A DNA stretch of 64,000 bases from Octopus vulgaris (taxonomy: Eukaryota), in the NCBI GenBank assembly GCA_951406725.2, contig OX597814.1, positions 44,454,001-44,518,000 of the forward strand, given 5' to 3'. The notes beneath the pieces are model-generated. The model searched no databases. It was not told the DNA's origin and saw only the letters and a program-made list of their open reading frames with translations. Below are positions 11,779 through 25,190 of this stretch, one piece after another. How positions within the stretch are numbered: the stretch's first letter is position 1; each line of letters opens with the position of its first letter. The position numbers and the translations under genes were made by a program.

Positions 11779-14089
11779 ATGATAAATTATCTGTAATATT
11801 AGATTTGCGCACAAGTTGATGTTGTAGAAGTTACGGTAAATCTAGTAATATTGTCATTGGAAAACCATTGTATTTCTCACAAGAGAATTGCATAAAATTA
11901 CATTCGGATCTCATTATACTGTCGTGGGAAACATCATCCCGTTTTGTCATTCTCATTATAAACGATCGATCTAACGTGTAACATTTCACATATACCAGTC
12001 ATGTATAGTGCATCATTAAGGAATGGTTAAGCTGTCGAACTTTGAATGCTGCAGCTCTAATAGCATTAATAACGTCAATGCAACATTCACTGCAAAAAGA
12101 TAAAGAAATACTTACTTCGAATGTGACACAGAAGAGACTCAGAATTCAGTGATTTAAAGTATGTCAGGCAGTGTTAAGAAACAGGAAATATGCTTTGGCT
12201 CTTGTGGCGGTAGTAACTATTTGATGATAGTGACGACAATGTAGTAGATCATATCTTCCCACCCTCCCATTTCACTGTATTTGGTAGCGATTATAATTAC
12301 CAGATCGATTCTTTCTACATTAGAAAAGGTCGACACACTGTCTTAATGACAATATTCTTATTGATATGGAATATCACGGCAATTATTGATAACGTTCTTT
12401 CTTTGTTGTGATGAAGACATTTCTATGAGGCTATTTTGAAAAAAATCAGGAAACCTTGCTGTTGCACTAAATTGATGCATACGGAGAGTTAAATTAATTT
12501 ATTATCATGACGCATAGCGGAAGTCGCTAATTACAAAAACAATTCCCATTAGAGTCTATCTTACTGCATTTACTCAGTCGGGAAACCTAGAAAATTGGTG
12601 TGGTGAATGTCGGTTACAATATTTTCATGAAAGAGTCTGAGTAAGTGTTCACTGATTTGTTTTAGAATTAGGAGAGAAATAATCTAACATTTCGGATATG
12701 TGCTTTTCTTCAGAGAATCAGTATAGAAGTGATGCTGAGAATGTCGGAATTTTGCTGTCTTCTGAAAGCAATATCCAGCAGAAGGCAAGCTAAAACAATC
12801 TTTGAATTGCTAAAAAAAAAAGGAGAAAAATTATACTATAACAATTACGTGATGTGATGCATAACAAAACAGTGACCACAAAACATTTTAGAATACTTCT
12901 CAATTGAGCAAGTTCAGGGTTTAACCTCTCTATTCATGAGGGATTGTATTTGCATTGGTTATATTCATTTCATTGTGGAATCCTGGAGCAGCAGATTTTT
13001 TATGAGGAACCTCTTACTTCTCACTGTGATCAAATGAAATAATCCGAGTCTTAATTTCGTTTTAGGATGGTAAGGACCATTTAATGTTGGAAATCGTAAT
13101 CTCTAAACCGTTATATTTACTTTCCACACGATCAATCTTGTTAATATATTACAATTTAGCAGTAACGGATACATATTGAACAGTTTTCCTGCACCACTGG
13201 CGAGTTTGTTATCTTTTTCTGTTACTTCTAGTTGGAAATCAAACAATAAAGAAATTCAAATAACATTGAGTGATTAATAGTTAAATGGAAAGTCGTAGAA
13301 ACATTTGAATATGACATAAAAATGTGATGATGATACTGCTTGATAAAAATACTGATCTATAGTAGCGGAAGAGATCGATGATTGAAATGGAAGCGGAGCA
13401 TTTTAATAAACTATGTACAAAAATGGAGTAAGGACTTGTTTAAAGCAGTTAGGGTCATCTGTGTAAGCTCTTAACAAAGTGGGTTGAAAATTATACCCGC
13501 TATGAACAGCGTTGTATTTAATGCTAAAGGTAATATGAGTCAATAAAACAAGGTAGGGATCTCATCAATTAAAAGTCTGCAGAAAATGTTAATTATGATT
13601 GAACTTTAGTTATTACTGTTACACCGCAAGAAAATTTTCAATATATTAGGTCAGCGAAGTACATTCAAACATCATACGTATCAAATATTGTAATACCATC
13701 TCACATGCATACATACATACATATATACACAGAGAAACACACAGACATGCACTCACACAAACACGCACAAAATCGATTCCAGGTGAGAATGCGATCGATA
13801 AAGCCGTGGGAAATCGTTTTCTATGGAATAGAAAGCAAATCTATCTTTATTTCTTCCTTTGCCGGTGTCTCAAATTTAGGTTAAATCAATGTTTCTCAAA
13901 GAGGAGACCTATGGGTCGGTCGGACAAGTTGTTTTGAGAAAACTTGGTTTAAATGTTTGACAACTCAGCACAGTCCATTGGACGTGGGGGGTATATATAT
14001 ATATATAAATAGATATATATATATAAATACACACATATATATATATATATATATACAAACAAGAAAAAAGCGACAAAAATGGATCAATA

Positions 14090-14179
14090 TTTCGGTACAA
14101 TTGTTTCGTACGAAGACCACCTTTATTAAGGCTGCAAATATTGCAGCAAATATAAGTGACCCGTACTCATCAGCCGAAA
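14090..14179 (-). ncRNA. Type I hammerhead ribozyme with canonical core and 59-nt stem II domain
   Basis: Minus strand: TTTCGG-CTGATGA-GTACG[GGTCAC..GCTGCAA-TAT-TTGCAGC..GTGGTC-TT]CGTAC-GAAAC-AATT-GTA-CCGAAA. 6-bp stem I, palindromic stem III, GUA cleavage triplet (cut between 14096 and 14095). Confidence 0.85.
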
Positions 14180-14514
14180 GAACATCTGAGTTCTCAAAAC
14201 ATCTAAGGGGGTGAGGCTACACTCCTGAAACATCAGGGATAGTTCTATAAAAATTAGATTTAGATAATAAAGGAACTTCCAAAGTTCTTTAATGTTGCAC
14301 AGTCATGTAACAGGTTTTTAAAAAGTATTTTTAAAAACCTCTTAGTTTCACAGAAAATGAAAATGTAAATCCATCCATAATAATGAAGTATGTTTGAATT
14401 CTGGAGATATAAGGAGAGATTTCATACTCACAGACGATGTATTTATCCATAATTAGTCCATAATAAAGTGGGTTTCCTGATGTATATATATATATACCCT
14501 TACACAACTCACAC

Positions 14515-15910
14515 ATTTCTTTAAATCTCTCTTGAGTCTTGCAGGCGCTATCCTGGCCAATTCAAACGCTTTCATTCCACTCCACGCGTTTGTTTTCCAT
14601 CCAGCTAGATCCTCTAGATCCATTGCAAGTAATTTCATGGTAGTCCTTATGCCGTCCACCTACCCCTTTTTAGGTTTACACTGATAGCATTTCCCCCTGC
14701 GTGCTCACCATAAAACAGCTGTTTGGGCGTGCGTTCATTCGCCATTTGAACATTATGGTCACACAATCTCATTTGTTTTTTCAAAACCATAGTTTTGATT
14801 CGGGTAATGCTTGAAGATACAAAGACATCTGTGTTTGGAGTAAAAGATGAAAGCATGTGAAATGTCTTTCATAATATGTCCAAGTTTCAGAAAAATACAA
14901 CAGGGATGGTAACACAAACGATTTGTAAACAGCCAACTTTATATTGTTATTTATATATCGCTGGCGCCAAACGCATGGCTCCGAGCCACATTTTGAATTC
15001 GCAGATGTATATCTGTATCCATATTTCCAACATTTTGTACAGAGCTTCCAAGGTTAAATGAAAGAATTCACAACGTCAAGTAACTTACCCTTAACAAAAA
15101 GTTTTGTGGGGTTGCAAACAGCACCACATGTAGGTTGATACATTACAAATGTTTTTTTCAAGTTGATGGTGAATCCAAAATCATCTCAAGCTGAATCAAA
15201 TGCAGATACAAGAGATTGCAGACCTTTTTCAGAATGACTAACTAGATCGCACTCATCAGCGTATAAGAGTTCCTAATGAGTGAAGTAAAAACCGTCGTTT
15301 TGAATATCAGTCTGGTCAGATTAAAAACCTTCCCTGCTGTTCGATATTTTATGTAAATACACTTTTTATGTAAATACAGTTTTGAAAAGCGTGAGACAAC
15401 ACAGCAGCAAAGCATATTGCAAAGACGATGAATGCATCAAGGTCTCCTTGCTTTACTCTATTTTCCACGGCAAAAGATCCAGAGAGCCTACCAACAAAAT
15501 TAACTGTAGCTTTCACATCTTGATGCAAAACCCTGATCATGTTTACAAATTTTTCTGGGCAACATATTTTCTTTAGAATTAGCCACAGAGCATTTCGATT
15601 AACAGTATAGAATGCTTTGCTCAAATCCGCAATGCAATGGCATAGAGCAAGATTCTGTTCAATGCACTTTTCTTGCAATTGTCTGATAGTAAAGATACAA
15701 TCAGCTGTGCCCCTAGAAGAACGAAAACCAGACTCAGACACCATATTTGGAACTATGAAAGTACTTAAACCTTCTAACATGATGTGGGCAAGTACCTTTC
15801 CAACCACAGACAAACGAAAATTACCACACAGATCCTTTGGTCCCAATTTATACAAGGATATTGAAATGGCATCAATCCAGTCTTGAGGCACTTTCTCCAT
15901 TCTCCCACTT
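14515..15910 (-). mobile_element. Degraded RTE-clade LINE (RT fragments)
   Basis: ORF 15349-15900: VPQDWIDA..SGFRSSRGTADCIFTIRQLQEKCIEQ..DLSKAF..VKQGD; YADE near 15255; PKQLFYGE in the 14647-14856 frame; many disablements. Confidence 0.9.
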
Positions 15911-17367
15911 CAATTGTAGTCTATAAATCTGGAAATATTTTAACGCAGGCATTTTCAACTTTGCATTTCTATTTCGGACATTTACTTGTAAGCTTGAAAT
16001 TATAACTCAGAACTACCCATAACGAAATAACATTTCCTATATCCTATTTTTTTTGTGCATAATTTATCTCTGCATTTTAATATGTTAATATACTAACCGG
16101 CTACCTTCATCCGATAAAGTCCAGTAACATTTGTTTATCGTTTGTTTTCGTTTCCACTAATTGCTTCGTCCGTTGCTTTTCTCGTTCAGACAACTTCTAG
16201 TTAATTTGATACATATCTTACATATATTTATATAAAACACTAAATCCATATCCGTAAGTACTTTTGAACACCCATTCATTAGTAAGACCCCTTAGACTAT
16301 TCATTCCTTAAATATTCTTATTTTTATTTTTACCTGTCTTGTACATCTTTGATAGTTGTGCGGACCTGAACAACGCCATTGTTTTCAAATATTAGCTGAC
16401 CAATTAAGTTGTGGGATTAACTTTGATCTCACCCTACTAGCCATAGGGGTATTGTGATTAGATTTCTGTTAATAAGTGACAAGGTTTTACCTAATTTTAC
16501 CTAATTTTTCTTTCATTGATATACTTCTGTATTGCATTTCCCCAAACAGGCTCACAGTAAGTTAATTTTGGCAATTCCTTCTATAATGCTCTATTAAACA
16601 GGAGTTAGTCTCTAACTTCTGCCCCCTGTGGCATGGATTATACCATTAAACTCACTAAACAAAGTCCTACTCTCGCTATTTCCTCCAGTATATTTGAAAC
16701 ACGATGTACCCTTCACAACCTGCGGAGATTTCTCCTGGGGGTGACTGGCTTTTACCATGAGATGCAATACCATGGATTACGATAGAACCTTGAAATGAGG
16801 TTCTTACCATTCCTTACTATTTCTATTCTATTATTCATATTTTATTTTACTTTATAATTTTAACTTTCCCACATGTTAATTTCCTAACATTTGGTCTCCC
16901 TACTGAAACCTTGGGGCTCAACCATTGTCCAACACCTGTCCAATGTTTATTCGTCGCTGTATATCACTGGCGTGATGTGGAAAACTTGCAAGAGTTGGCA
17001 ACCTCATGGTAGTATCAACTATAAGAGTGTAGTATTTGTACACTCATCTATTTTTATTCATTTATTATTATTTATATATTTATTTACATTTTATTTGTTT
17101 ATTTGGATCAATTACACATATAATTGTAATCAATTAATAGATATGTATAATTGACTGATTACAGGCTGATGTTTGTCAATTACTTATCCTCTCCATTTTC
17201 TTATTTGCCTCATAAATCCTGGGTAAATTTCTGATTTACCCCCACCCATACCTAGTATTCAATTGCGACATTGCCCTAAGCACTTCGATACTAATACATA
17301 GGTAGAGGGCCAATTGTATATTGGATATTTAATATACCTTAGATGGTTAATTAACCGCTAACTCGTA

Positions 17368-17470
<103 letters not shown>

Positions 17471-19507
17471 ATATATATACATATGTATTTATATACATAT
17501 ATAAACGATAAGGAGAAGACAATTTTTAAATGATCAGAAGCCGACAGTGTTAATAGCCTAATATTCGGGTAGAATGCTTCTTTGAAAGTACCATAACTTT
17601 ATACCCTTCCAATACCTTAGAATTTTACTCTATACCGAGAGTATATATATATGGAAGTATATATATATATATATAATTTCAGCAAAACAATTTAGATTCA
17701 AATGAATATGGTACTTAACTTAGATGCACCAGAATTTATTTATGGTATTACCCATAAAATTATGTGGGGTGATTATAACCCAAAAATAAGCAACAAGTTT
17801 GTACTAAACTACCGATCCATTCTTGTTGCTTATTTTTTGGTTATATATATATATATATATACGCACACATACACACACCCACACGCACCACACACACATA
17901 CACGTGTGTGTGCATGTATATAAAGTAGTGCATAGTGTTTTTTTCAGTCTAATTGTATCAATTTATCTCTGGACTATTTGAGAATATTATACCTATAAAT
18001 TATAACCGATGCAGAAGAGCCCTAAAGCATAATATTGTATCTTATGGCTATGGGTTTATTTCTGTTTTCTGTAATAATGTATATTGTTTCTTAACGTTTA
18101 TAAATCCTTAGAATATATTAGTTTTTTTCTTCCATTCTGTCATTACAGTTTCTTTTTCTCTTATTACTGTTTATCTACCATTGCTTTTGAATAAGCAGCT
18201 AACTTGATGCATTGAGTTACCTAGTTCAAATCTTTTTATTGTTGATTTTACCCATCATTCTTCCGAAGTTGTTACATTTGATTTCTAGCATGCGCAATTT
18301 TAGATTTAATCAACAACACTCCTCTCTGAAAACGCAAAACACTGTGCTTGTGCTACAAATACTCATTAATAGTCGACTAGCAGTGTGTCGTAAAAACTAT
18401 TGACTGGTAATGTAACAGAAAAACTGTCCCGCTAAGTAGGTACAATGTGGATGATTGCCTTGTAGAAGTTACGTCTGTCCACTACTGATATTATACACCA
18501 AAAGGGAAATTATCAAGACAAGGAGAAGACTCTAGGTAATCGTTTGATTTGGTAGATATAACAGCTAAATATCAGTAAAATCACATTATATATAAACAAG
18601 AGTATTAGCAAACACACATATACACATATTTTTATGTTTACATTCATATCGATTATATTCTATTGTTTCTCTTCAAATGTGTTTCATTTGTCTATTCGTG
18701 CACAAAAATATGTGTACTATCTCGGTAGCACATATAGCCGTTTCAGCTACACACATATCTTTATCTATACACTATCTTTATCTCCACGCTATCTTTATCT
18801 CCACATATACCAAACAATAACTGTCAGAGAAATAAAAACAATGATTACTTTACACTAGCAGACATCTTTGAAACGAACGAACAAAACATATTAGTTTATT
18901 TCTTTATTCGATTTACTGTTTTCTTTTGAAGTCTCGTTGTCTTATCGTTAAGTCCTTCATATTTTGTCCTTAATTCTAAATCTGTATACCAATAGTCTAA
19001 GCGCAAACGAAACTACTATCTCAAACAATAAAATTTAGTTCGATCCGTTTCTAAATTTTCTTTGTAGATTCCATTAAAAATATGATTTACACGCATGCAT
19101 ACATACATACACACATATCATACACACAAATATATATTCATGGACAGAGTAAAAATATAATGCAAAAAAAGTAACTCGGAGCTATGTTCTTATAGACACG
19201 AATAGATTATATAAACATAAATACAAGTGACTTGCGAGAGAAGTGTATTAGTATGAATATATGTTATATATGTATATAGATATGGTGTATATACTGACCC
19301 ATATATATATAAATATATATGTGTGTGTGTGTGCGTGCGTGCGTGTGTGTGTGTTCGTGTGTGTGTCTCTGTGTGTGTTTATAATTTCAATACGGAGCAA
19401 ATAATTCACGAGAAAATATTTTAATCCTTCAGCTAAAACAGAAGACGAAGACAGTTATATGACAACAAACAGGTGTATTAGTTTGATGCCCGGGAAAATG
19501 AAAACGT

Positions 19508-19543
19508 CTTTTACATTTCGCGCCTACGCTTTTCAACAGAAAG
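19508..19543 (-). ncRNA. Minimal hammerhead-like motif (degenerate)
   Basis: CTTT-CTGTTGA-A-AAGC-GTAG-GCGC-GAAAT-GTA-AAAG. Confidence 0.5.
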
Positions 19544-20688
19544 GAATAAGAGAAAATAAACCAAGCGAGAATGACAAAAACTTGTAGATGTATCGGTCAA
19601 GGATGATGAATGATTAGAAATAAAGTTTGAAAAAGAGGTTGAAAGGAAGGGAGATAATAAAGTGCTGGTGATCCCAAATGAAGGCGTGTGTGCGTATGTG
19701 TATGTGAGAATGATGTATGTGAATAGCGGCTAGTGACTCTCACGTGTGTGAGTGTGCGCGTGTATAAGTATGTGCGTCTGTAACGTGTGGCTGCTCATAT
19801 AGTGATATGTGTGGTGACGCTATTGAAGATTGTGTGTGGATGATGGTCTGTGATGTGGGTGCTGGGAAATGGTTAGTGCTTGTGTGTGTGGAGTGGTTTG
19901 AGGTGATGCTGTGTGGGGGTGGGGGTTGTTTGTATCACTGAAGAGAGGAGGTAGTTCGGAGTGAATACAGGAAGTAGGTGTCAGATGAAGAGAGGAGGGG
20001 AGGAAGTGGAAGAGAGAAGGGGAGTTAGGCTAATGTGTGCAAAGGAGAGAAGAGAGTTGGCGGGGGCAGGGGATGAACCAGACTGGGAGGTAGCGTCAGA
20101 CTCGGCAATGACACCCCGGTCTCGCGCCATTTCTTCTGTACCGGTCATTCACTGTGTTCAGACTGTCTTTGCACAGAGGTCATCCATCGCCATGAACATG
20201 AATTAATCACTTCTCTTCATCTGACACCAACTTCCTGTCTTCACTCCTACCTACTTCCTTTCTTCATGAATACCACCACCACCACCTCACACCCCACATA
20301 ACCTACCTCACACTACCACCCCACCCCGCATCTTTCCTCAAACATTAGCACTGACAACTCCCCAGCACCCGCACCACACACAGGCTTCAATAACGTCACC
20401 ACATATACCATTATATGAACAGGCACAGGTTACAAACGCACATACTTACACACAGGCATACTCACACACGTCAGAGTCACTAGCCCCTATTCCCACACAC
20501 ACACTTAAACATTCACACACACATATACACCATTCTCACACAGACACCAAGGCACGCGCACCTTCATTTGGGATCATTAGCACTTCATTATTTCCTTTTC
20601 TTTCAACTTCTTTCAAACTTTTTTTCTAATTATTCATCATTCTACAAGTTTCTTTTTTCATTCTCTCTTGGGTAATTTTCTTTTATTC

Positions 20689-20724
20689 CTTTCTGCTGAA
20701 GAGCGTAGGCTTGAAACGTAAAAG
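20689..20724 (+). ncRNA. Minimal hammerhead-like motif
   Basis: CTTT-CTGCTGA-A-GAGC-GTAG-GCTT-GAAAC-GTA-AAAG; stem III reduced to the AC/GT palindrome. Confidence 0.6.
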
Positions 20725-21015
20725 AATTTTTCGTTTTCCCAAGTGTGATACTAATATACCTGTCTGTTGTCCATACACCTGTTTTCATCTTTTGTTTTGA
20801 TATAAATTCAACTATATCTTATACGCTCACGTGGTCACCCCAGTTTCACCCTGCCTTAACATTCTACTCCTTGACGTTTTGAATTGCATATGTTAACCAC
20901 TCACTGAACTTGTCAATGAAGAGATCACGGTCTCAAGGCAACAAAAATATTTTGGCAAATTAAATTTAAATGTCGAAGTGAATCTAACGGTTTTTGTATG
21001 TCTCTTCCACTGTGC

Positions 21016-21086
<71 letters not shown>

Positions 21087-21539
21087 ACAAAATAACTGCG
21101 TAGTAGACAAAAATATCAAACTAACCTATTTCTCCGTGGATTGAAAAGATGACGAACAAACTCAATAATTTTCAAATTTTCAACGCAGATTGGAATTTCA
21201 TCCGAGGTGTTTAAATTGCATAATCAATCACAGATAATCAAATAAACCATCCGTTCATAAGCGCATCAAATCTAGTGCCGTCAGAGAACTGGACCAACTA
21301 ATTTGCATACTATGAGTAACTCTATATTTAGTATTAGAATATTTTGTCACTGATAAAATTTTATAAATATCCGCAGTAGGACTACAGAAATATCTAAGGA
21401 AATGTTACAGAAATATAAGTAGTTTCAACGCTCCGTAGCCTAATAGAAATACCATTCTACCTTTTAAGTGATATTGAGGAAACAAGTATCCACAAGAACA
21501 AATAAAACTAGCAAACCGTTGAAAAACAAACAGCACTGA

Positions 21540-22200
21540 ACTGAAAACGCGATTACAAAACTATACGTAAGACACCGACAATAGAAATTTCTACCTGGTT
21601 ACAACTCAGAGAGTAAGGCGAACATAAGGAAAATAACTCAAAACATGAAGAGAAGTACGGTCTCTGACCAGTGATTGAAAGGTTTAGTTTCACAACCAAA
21701 GTTTTCCTGCAAAACTACAGAATTCATAAAACAAATCGGAATACTAAAAATAGCTGCAGAAATTGTGAAGATTTTGAAGAGACAATCAATCATATTTTTG
21801 GTTTCCCAACTTTAGTAAACAAACCAAACGTATATATAGGTAGGGTAGGCAATGAGTTTTCATGTATTGGACTTTCTGCTACAAACTAATGAGATGTTAT
21901 AAACATACAGCAGAAAAGCACTTAAAGAATGACAAATTGACCGTATTCTGCGATATGTCCATTTATAAAACGTCTGCTGTATCAATTACAACGGCCAACA
22001 ACGCAAATCTAAAATACAAACGAATCTAAATGTAAATATTGAGAAATGCAAAAAAATGAATTTGGAAATTGGAAACAAGAGTCTCCGCAATAATGGAAAC
22101 TTTGGGAATGATTTAAGAAGCTGCAGACAAATGCACAACGGATGACTGAGACAACGTTGTATAAAAATTGTAATTGTGAATTACAATGAAACGAAAAGCT
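21540..22200 (+). mobile_element. Degraded R4/Dong-like (RLE) non-LTR retrotransposon 3' part
   Basis: CRNCEDFEETINHIF..PTL matches the CCHC knuckle (CRxC...ETIxHIxxxC) before RLE domains; a TVF(C)DM remnant of TILWD follows. Confidence 0.55.
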
Positions 22201-22269
22201 ACACTGATACATAGCAGGCAGACATGCTGTCGTGTAGTGCAATAATAATGCTGATGGTGGTGATGATTT

Positions 22270-22490
22270 CAAATTTTGCCAGAAGGACAGCAGGTTCGGG
22301 AAGGGGCTAAGTCGATGACAAGAACCCTGGTGCTCAAATGAGTTCGATTTAATTTCATCGACCCCGAAAAGATGAAAGGTAATGTCAACCTCGGAGGAAT
22401 TCGAATTCAGAAAGTGAAAACAAACGAAATGCCTCCAAGTATTTTATCCGGAATACCAGCCTGAATAATTATGATAATAATAACAACAAC

Positions 22491-22574
<84 letters not shown>

Positions 22575-22720
22575 CCTTTCTAATATAGTCACATGGCCTG
22601 AAATTTGGAGGGAGAGGTGTAGTTGTTTTCATCGACACCAGTACTCACCTGATACTTATTTTATCTACCCCGAAATGAGGAAAGGCAAAGTCGACTACGG
22701 CGGAAAATCATCTCAGACCG
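22270..22720 (-). mobile_element. Two degraded SINE family B copies separated by (AAT)n (22491-22573)
   Basis: ATCGACCCCGAAAAGATGAAAGG..GGAATTCGAATTCAG and TCTACCCCGAAATGAGGAAAGGCAAAGTCGAC match the reverse complement of family B. Confidence 0.75.
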
Positions 22721-23031
22721 TAACAAAAACAACAACAATAACCATTAACGGAACCCGTGGAAATTCAATGTTTTCAATATATTTAAAATATTATGTTAGT
22801 GCAGGAAACAAGCAAGGAATTTCAATAACTTTCTGTTCAAATCCTGCCAATTTACTATAGTTTTAAATAGAATCGAGGTGACCTTAGAAGGTATTGTTTA
22901 CTTACCTTCTTTTAATATGACAGATATGATGTGCTTTACAGTTTAAGAGTATAAAAGAGGAATCAAAAGATTAATCCTTTTCATAGACACACACGCACAC
23001 ACGCACATACACACACACACACAAACACTCG

Positions 23032-23068
<37 letters not shown>

Positions 23069-23176
23069 TCGGGGTGAGTACTTGATAATTATAAGCACCT
23101 GTGTATACCGTTTGGTGGTGTAGGTGGTGGAGTAAATTGATCAAAATAAAAATAAAAACATGAGGCGAAGGATTCA

Positions 23177-23254
23177 GCGGTACATATGTTTCGGGCCTTT
23201 ATTAGACAGATTTATAACAAAGCATAATGTATGTCTGTGGCCTTCTTCAGCCGC
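23177..23254 (-). ncRNA. Type I hammerhead ribozyme with 51-nt stem II domain
   Basis: Minus strand: GCGG-CTGAAGA-AGGCC[AC-AGACA...TGTCT-AATAAA]GGCCC-GAAAC-ATAT-GTA-CCGC. Palindromic stem III; first stem II pair is A.C. Confidence 0.8.
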
Positions 23255-24857
23255 GCACAACAGCTTCCACAAGGACATGTGTTACATCAAAAATTCTTGG
23301 TTGGGGATGCAAATCCTCTCGTTCACGTACGACATAATGCGGCAGCAGCATAGAATTGAAGCGTCCATCTCTTTCTTCTCTCAATGTAGAATGAGGAAAC
23401 TTGGATGTTGAGGTAATGTAAATAAATAAATACGTATATAGAGGTGAAGATGGAGGGGCGAGAGTTCGGGACGAGGGATAAAAAATATATATAAAAAATG
23501 TACGTATAGAATAATATAAAAATGTAGAGGATAAAGATATAAAGAGTTGTAAGGAGATGTAAAGGGGGTATAAAGAAATATAAAGAAATATAAATAAATG
23601 TAAAGGCATAAGGTTGTAAAGTAAAAATAGAAATGGAAATAATAGTAAAAGAAGTAAAAGAACCTGATAAAAACATGATAAAAGTGTAAAAGAATGTAAA
23701 GATAAGGGATGTATAGAGGTCGCGGACCAAGCATGGTGGTCAGGAGATTGATAAAACTTAGTTGTAGAACTGTCAGTAAATTAACAGTTTCGTCGTAAAT
23801 CAGAGCTGATGAGAATTTAATCTGGTTCCTTGAATTAAATGGACTTCCAGTACATACATATCATCATGGATACATACACCCACATACACGCGTACATATA
23901 CGTCTCCAAGCCTATAAGCATACACACGCACCCGCGTGTAAACACGTACATAAACACACACGCACCCACACGCACGCGCGCACACACACATACATACAAC
24001 AGACATTACGCGCGTACACGCTCACATGTATATACGCGCGCCCCTCTCTACATACACACACGTATATGCCCACGCCTCTAGGTCTAGGTATAAGGTATTA
24101 AAGGATGTGTATAAGAACGTATGTAAAGAATCCCGTACTCATGTTAGTACGCGCACGCACACACGGCTGTGTGTCCGTATGTGCGTGCACATATACACTC
24201 ATATATACACACAGAGACACACGCGCACGTGGGTATAGCCATAAGATATCGAAGTATGCATGTACATATACGCGCGTGCATATGTATGTATGCGCATACA
24301 CACATACGCGGACGCTCGCATACTCAAAAGGCGGATCTATAGGTAAGTAAATAAACATATATATAGGTGTAAAGCGATAAATTAGGGGTAAGAATGAGGG
24401 TAAGGGTAAATATTAGAAATAAAAAATACAGTATAAAATAAGAAATACAATGTAATAGTTAGAAATGAAATATAAGAATTATAAGGGTTATAAGAGTTAA
24501 GGTAAGGGATGAAAAGGAAAATGAGAGTAAATGGAAGTAGAATAAAAGTAAAAATAAAATTAAAAATAAAAATAAATGGAAGTAGGATAAAAGTAAAAAT
24601 AAAAATAAAAATAAAAATAAAATAAAATAAAATAAAAAAATAAGGTAAAAATATAATTTTGTAAAGTTTAACATGAGATGGAGGTGGCACACATATATAT
24701 ATATATGTATATGTACACATACGTACACGTATGTGCACATACACACGCACACACACACACACACACATACACACGCACATATAGGAAAGCGGGATGTGCT
24801 GGAGCCGACAGGTTGCACCGGGTGGGAGGAAATGGCATGGGGGAGTTGGTATAAGAC

Positions 24858-25190
24858 CTAAGCATTGTAGTATTTGAAAGTATTAATAAGTTTATGTATA
24901 CAGGATGGTTTGAACTCTGACCTTTTGTTAATAAGATTGTGTTTGTCTTTGAATTTCAAGATGTTCAGGAGTTCTACACAGCATAGTTGGCATCCTGCTC
25001 TATTATTTAAGTAAGGTGCAGCTGATCCGATGATGGACCATCTGAGTTTGAAGCCTATGCATTTGTCTTTTAATTCCCAAATTCTTTTAGAGAGGGAGGT
25101 GCTGTTAGCCTTATGTCTATGTCTCAGCGAGGACCGGTGGTTGTAGTATCTGGATTTCCAGGAGGTTGAGCAACCAATATAGGTGAGTGT
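24858..25190 (-). pseudogene. PLE GIY-YIG endonuclease, C-terminal part
   Basis: TYIGCSTSWKSRYYNHRSSL..TSLSKRIWELK..WSII..CQLCCVE..LINKRSE..CIHK: YIG motif, catalytic R/H/E/N positions, CxxC..CxH tail. Confidence 0.85.

Larger units (their letters stand above)
19429..20815. mobile_element. Penelope-like element end: inverted pLTR copy + GIY-YIG C-terminal tail + pLTR
   Basis: Arms ~19429-19994 and ~20210-20800 are diverged reverse complements. The spacer encodes VRLGNDTPVSRHFFCTGHSL..LSLHRGH..HEHELI (+, 20095-20208). Each arm has a minimal hammerhead-like motif. Confidence 0.8.

Noticed and set aside
12578-12785. Apparent exon pair (GTAAGT donor at 12641, TTTTCTTCAG acceptor at 12713)
   Set aside because: The first segment has stops in all three frames; the second needs a GC donor and has no recognisable homology.
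20908-20945. ATGAAGAGATCACGGTCTC, hammerhead-like remnant
   Set aside because: GAAA and the NUH triplet are missing.
23260-23830. Possible SECIS in the PLE 3' region (GTGA..AA..TGAT on the minus strand)
   Set aside because: The helix between the motifs pairs poorly and the surviving ORF has no in-frame TGA.
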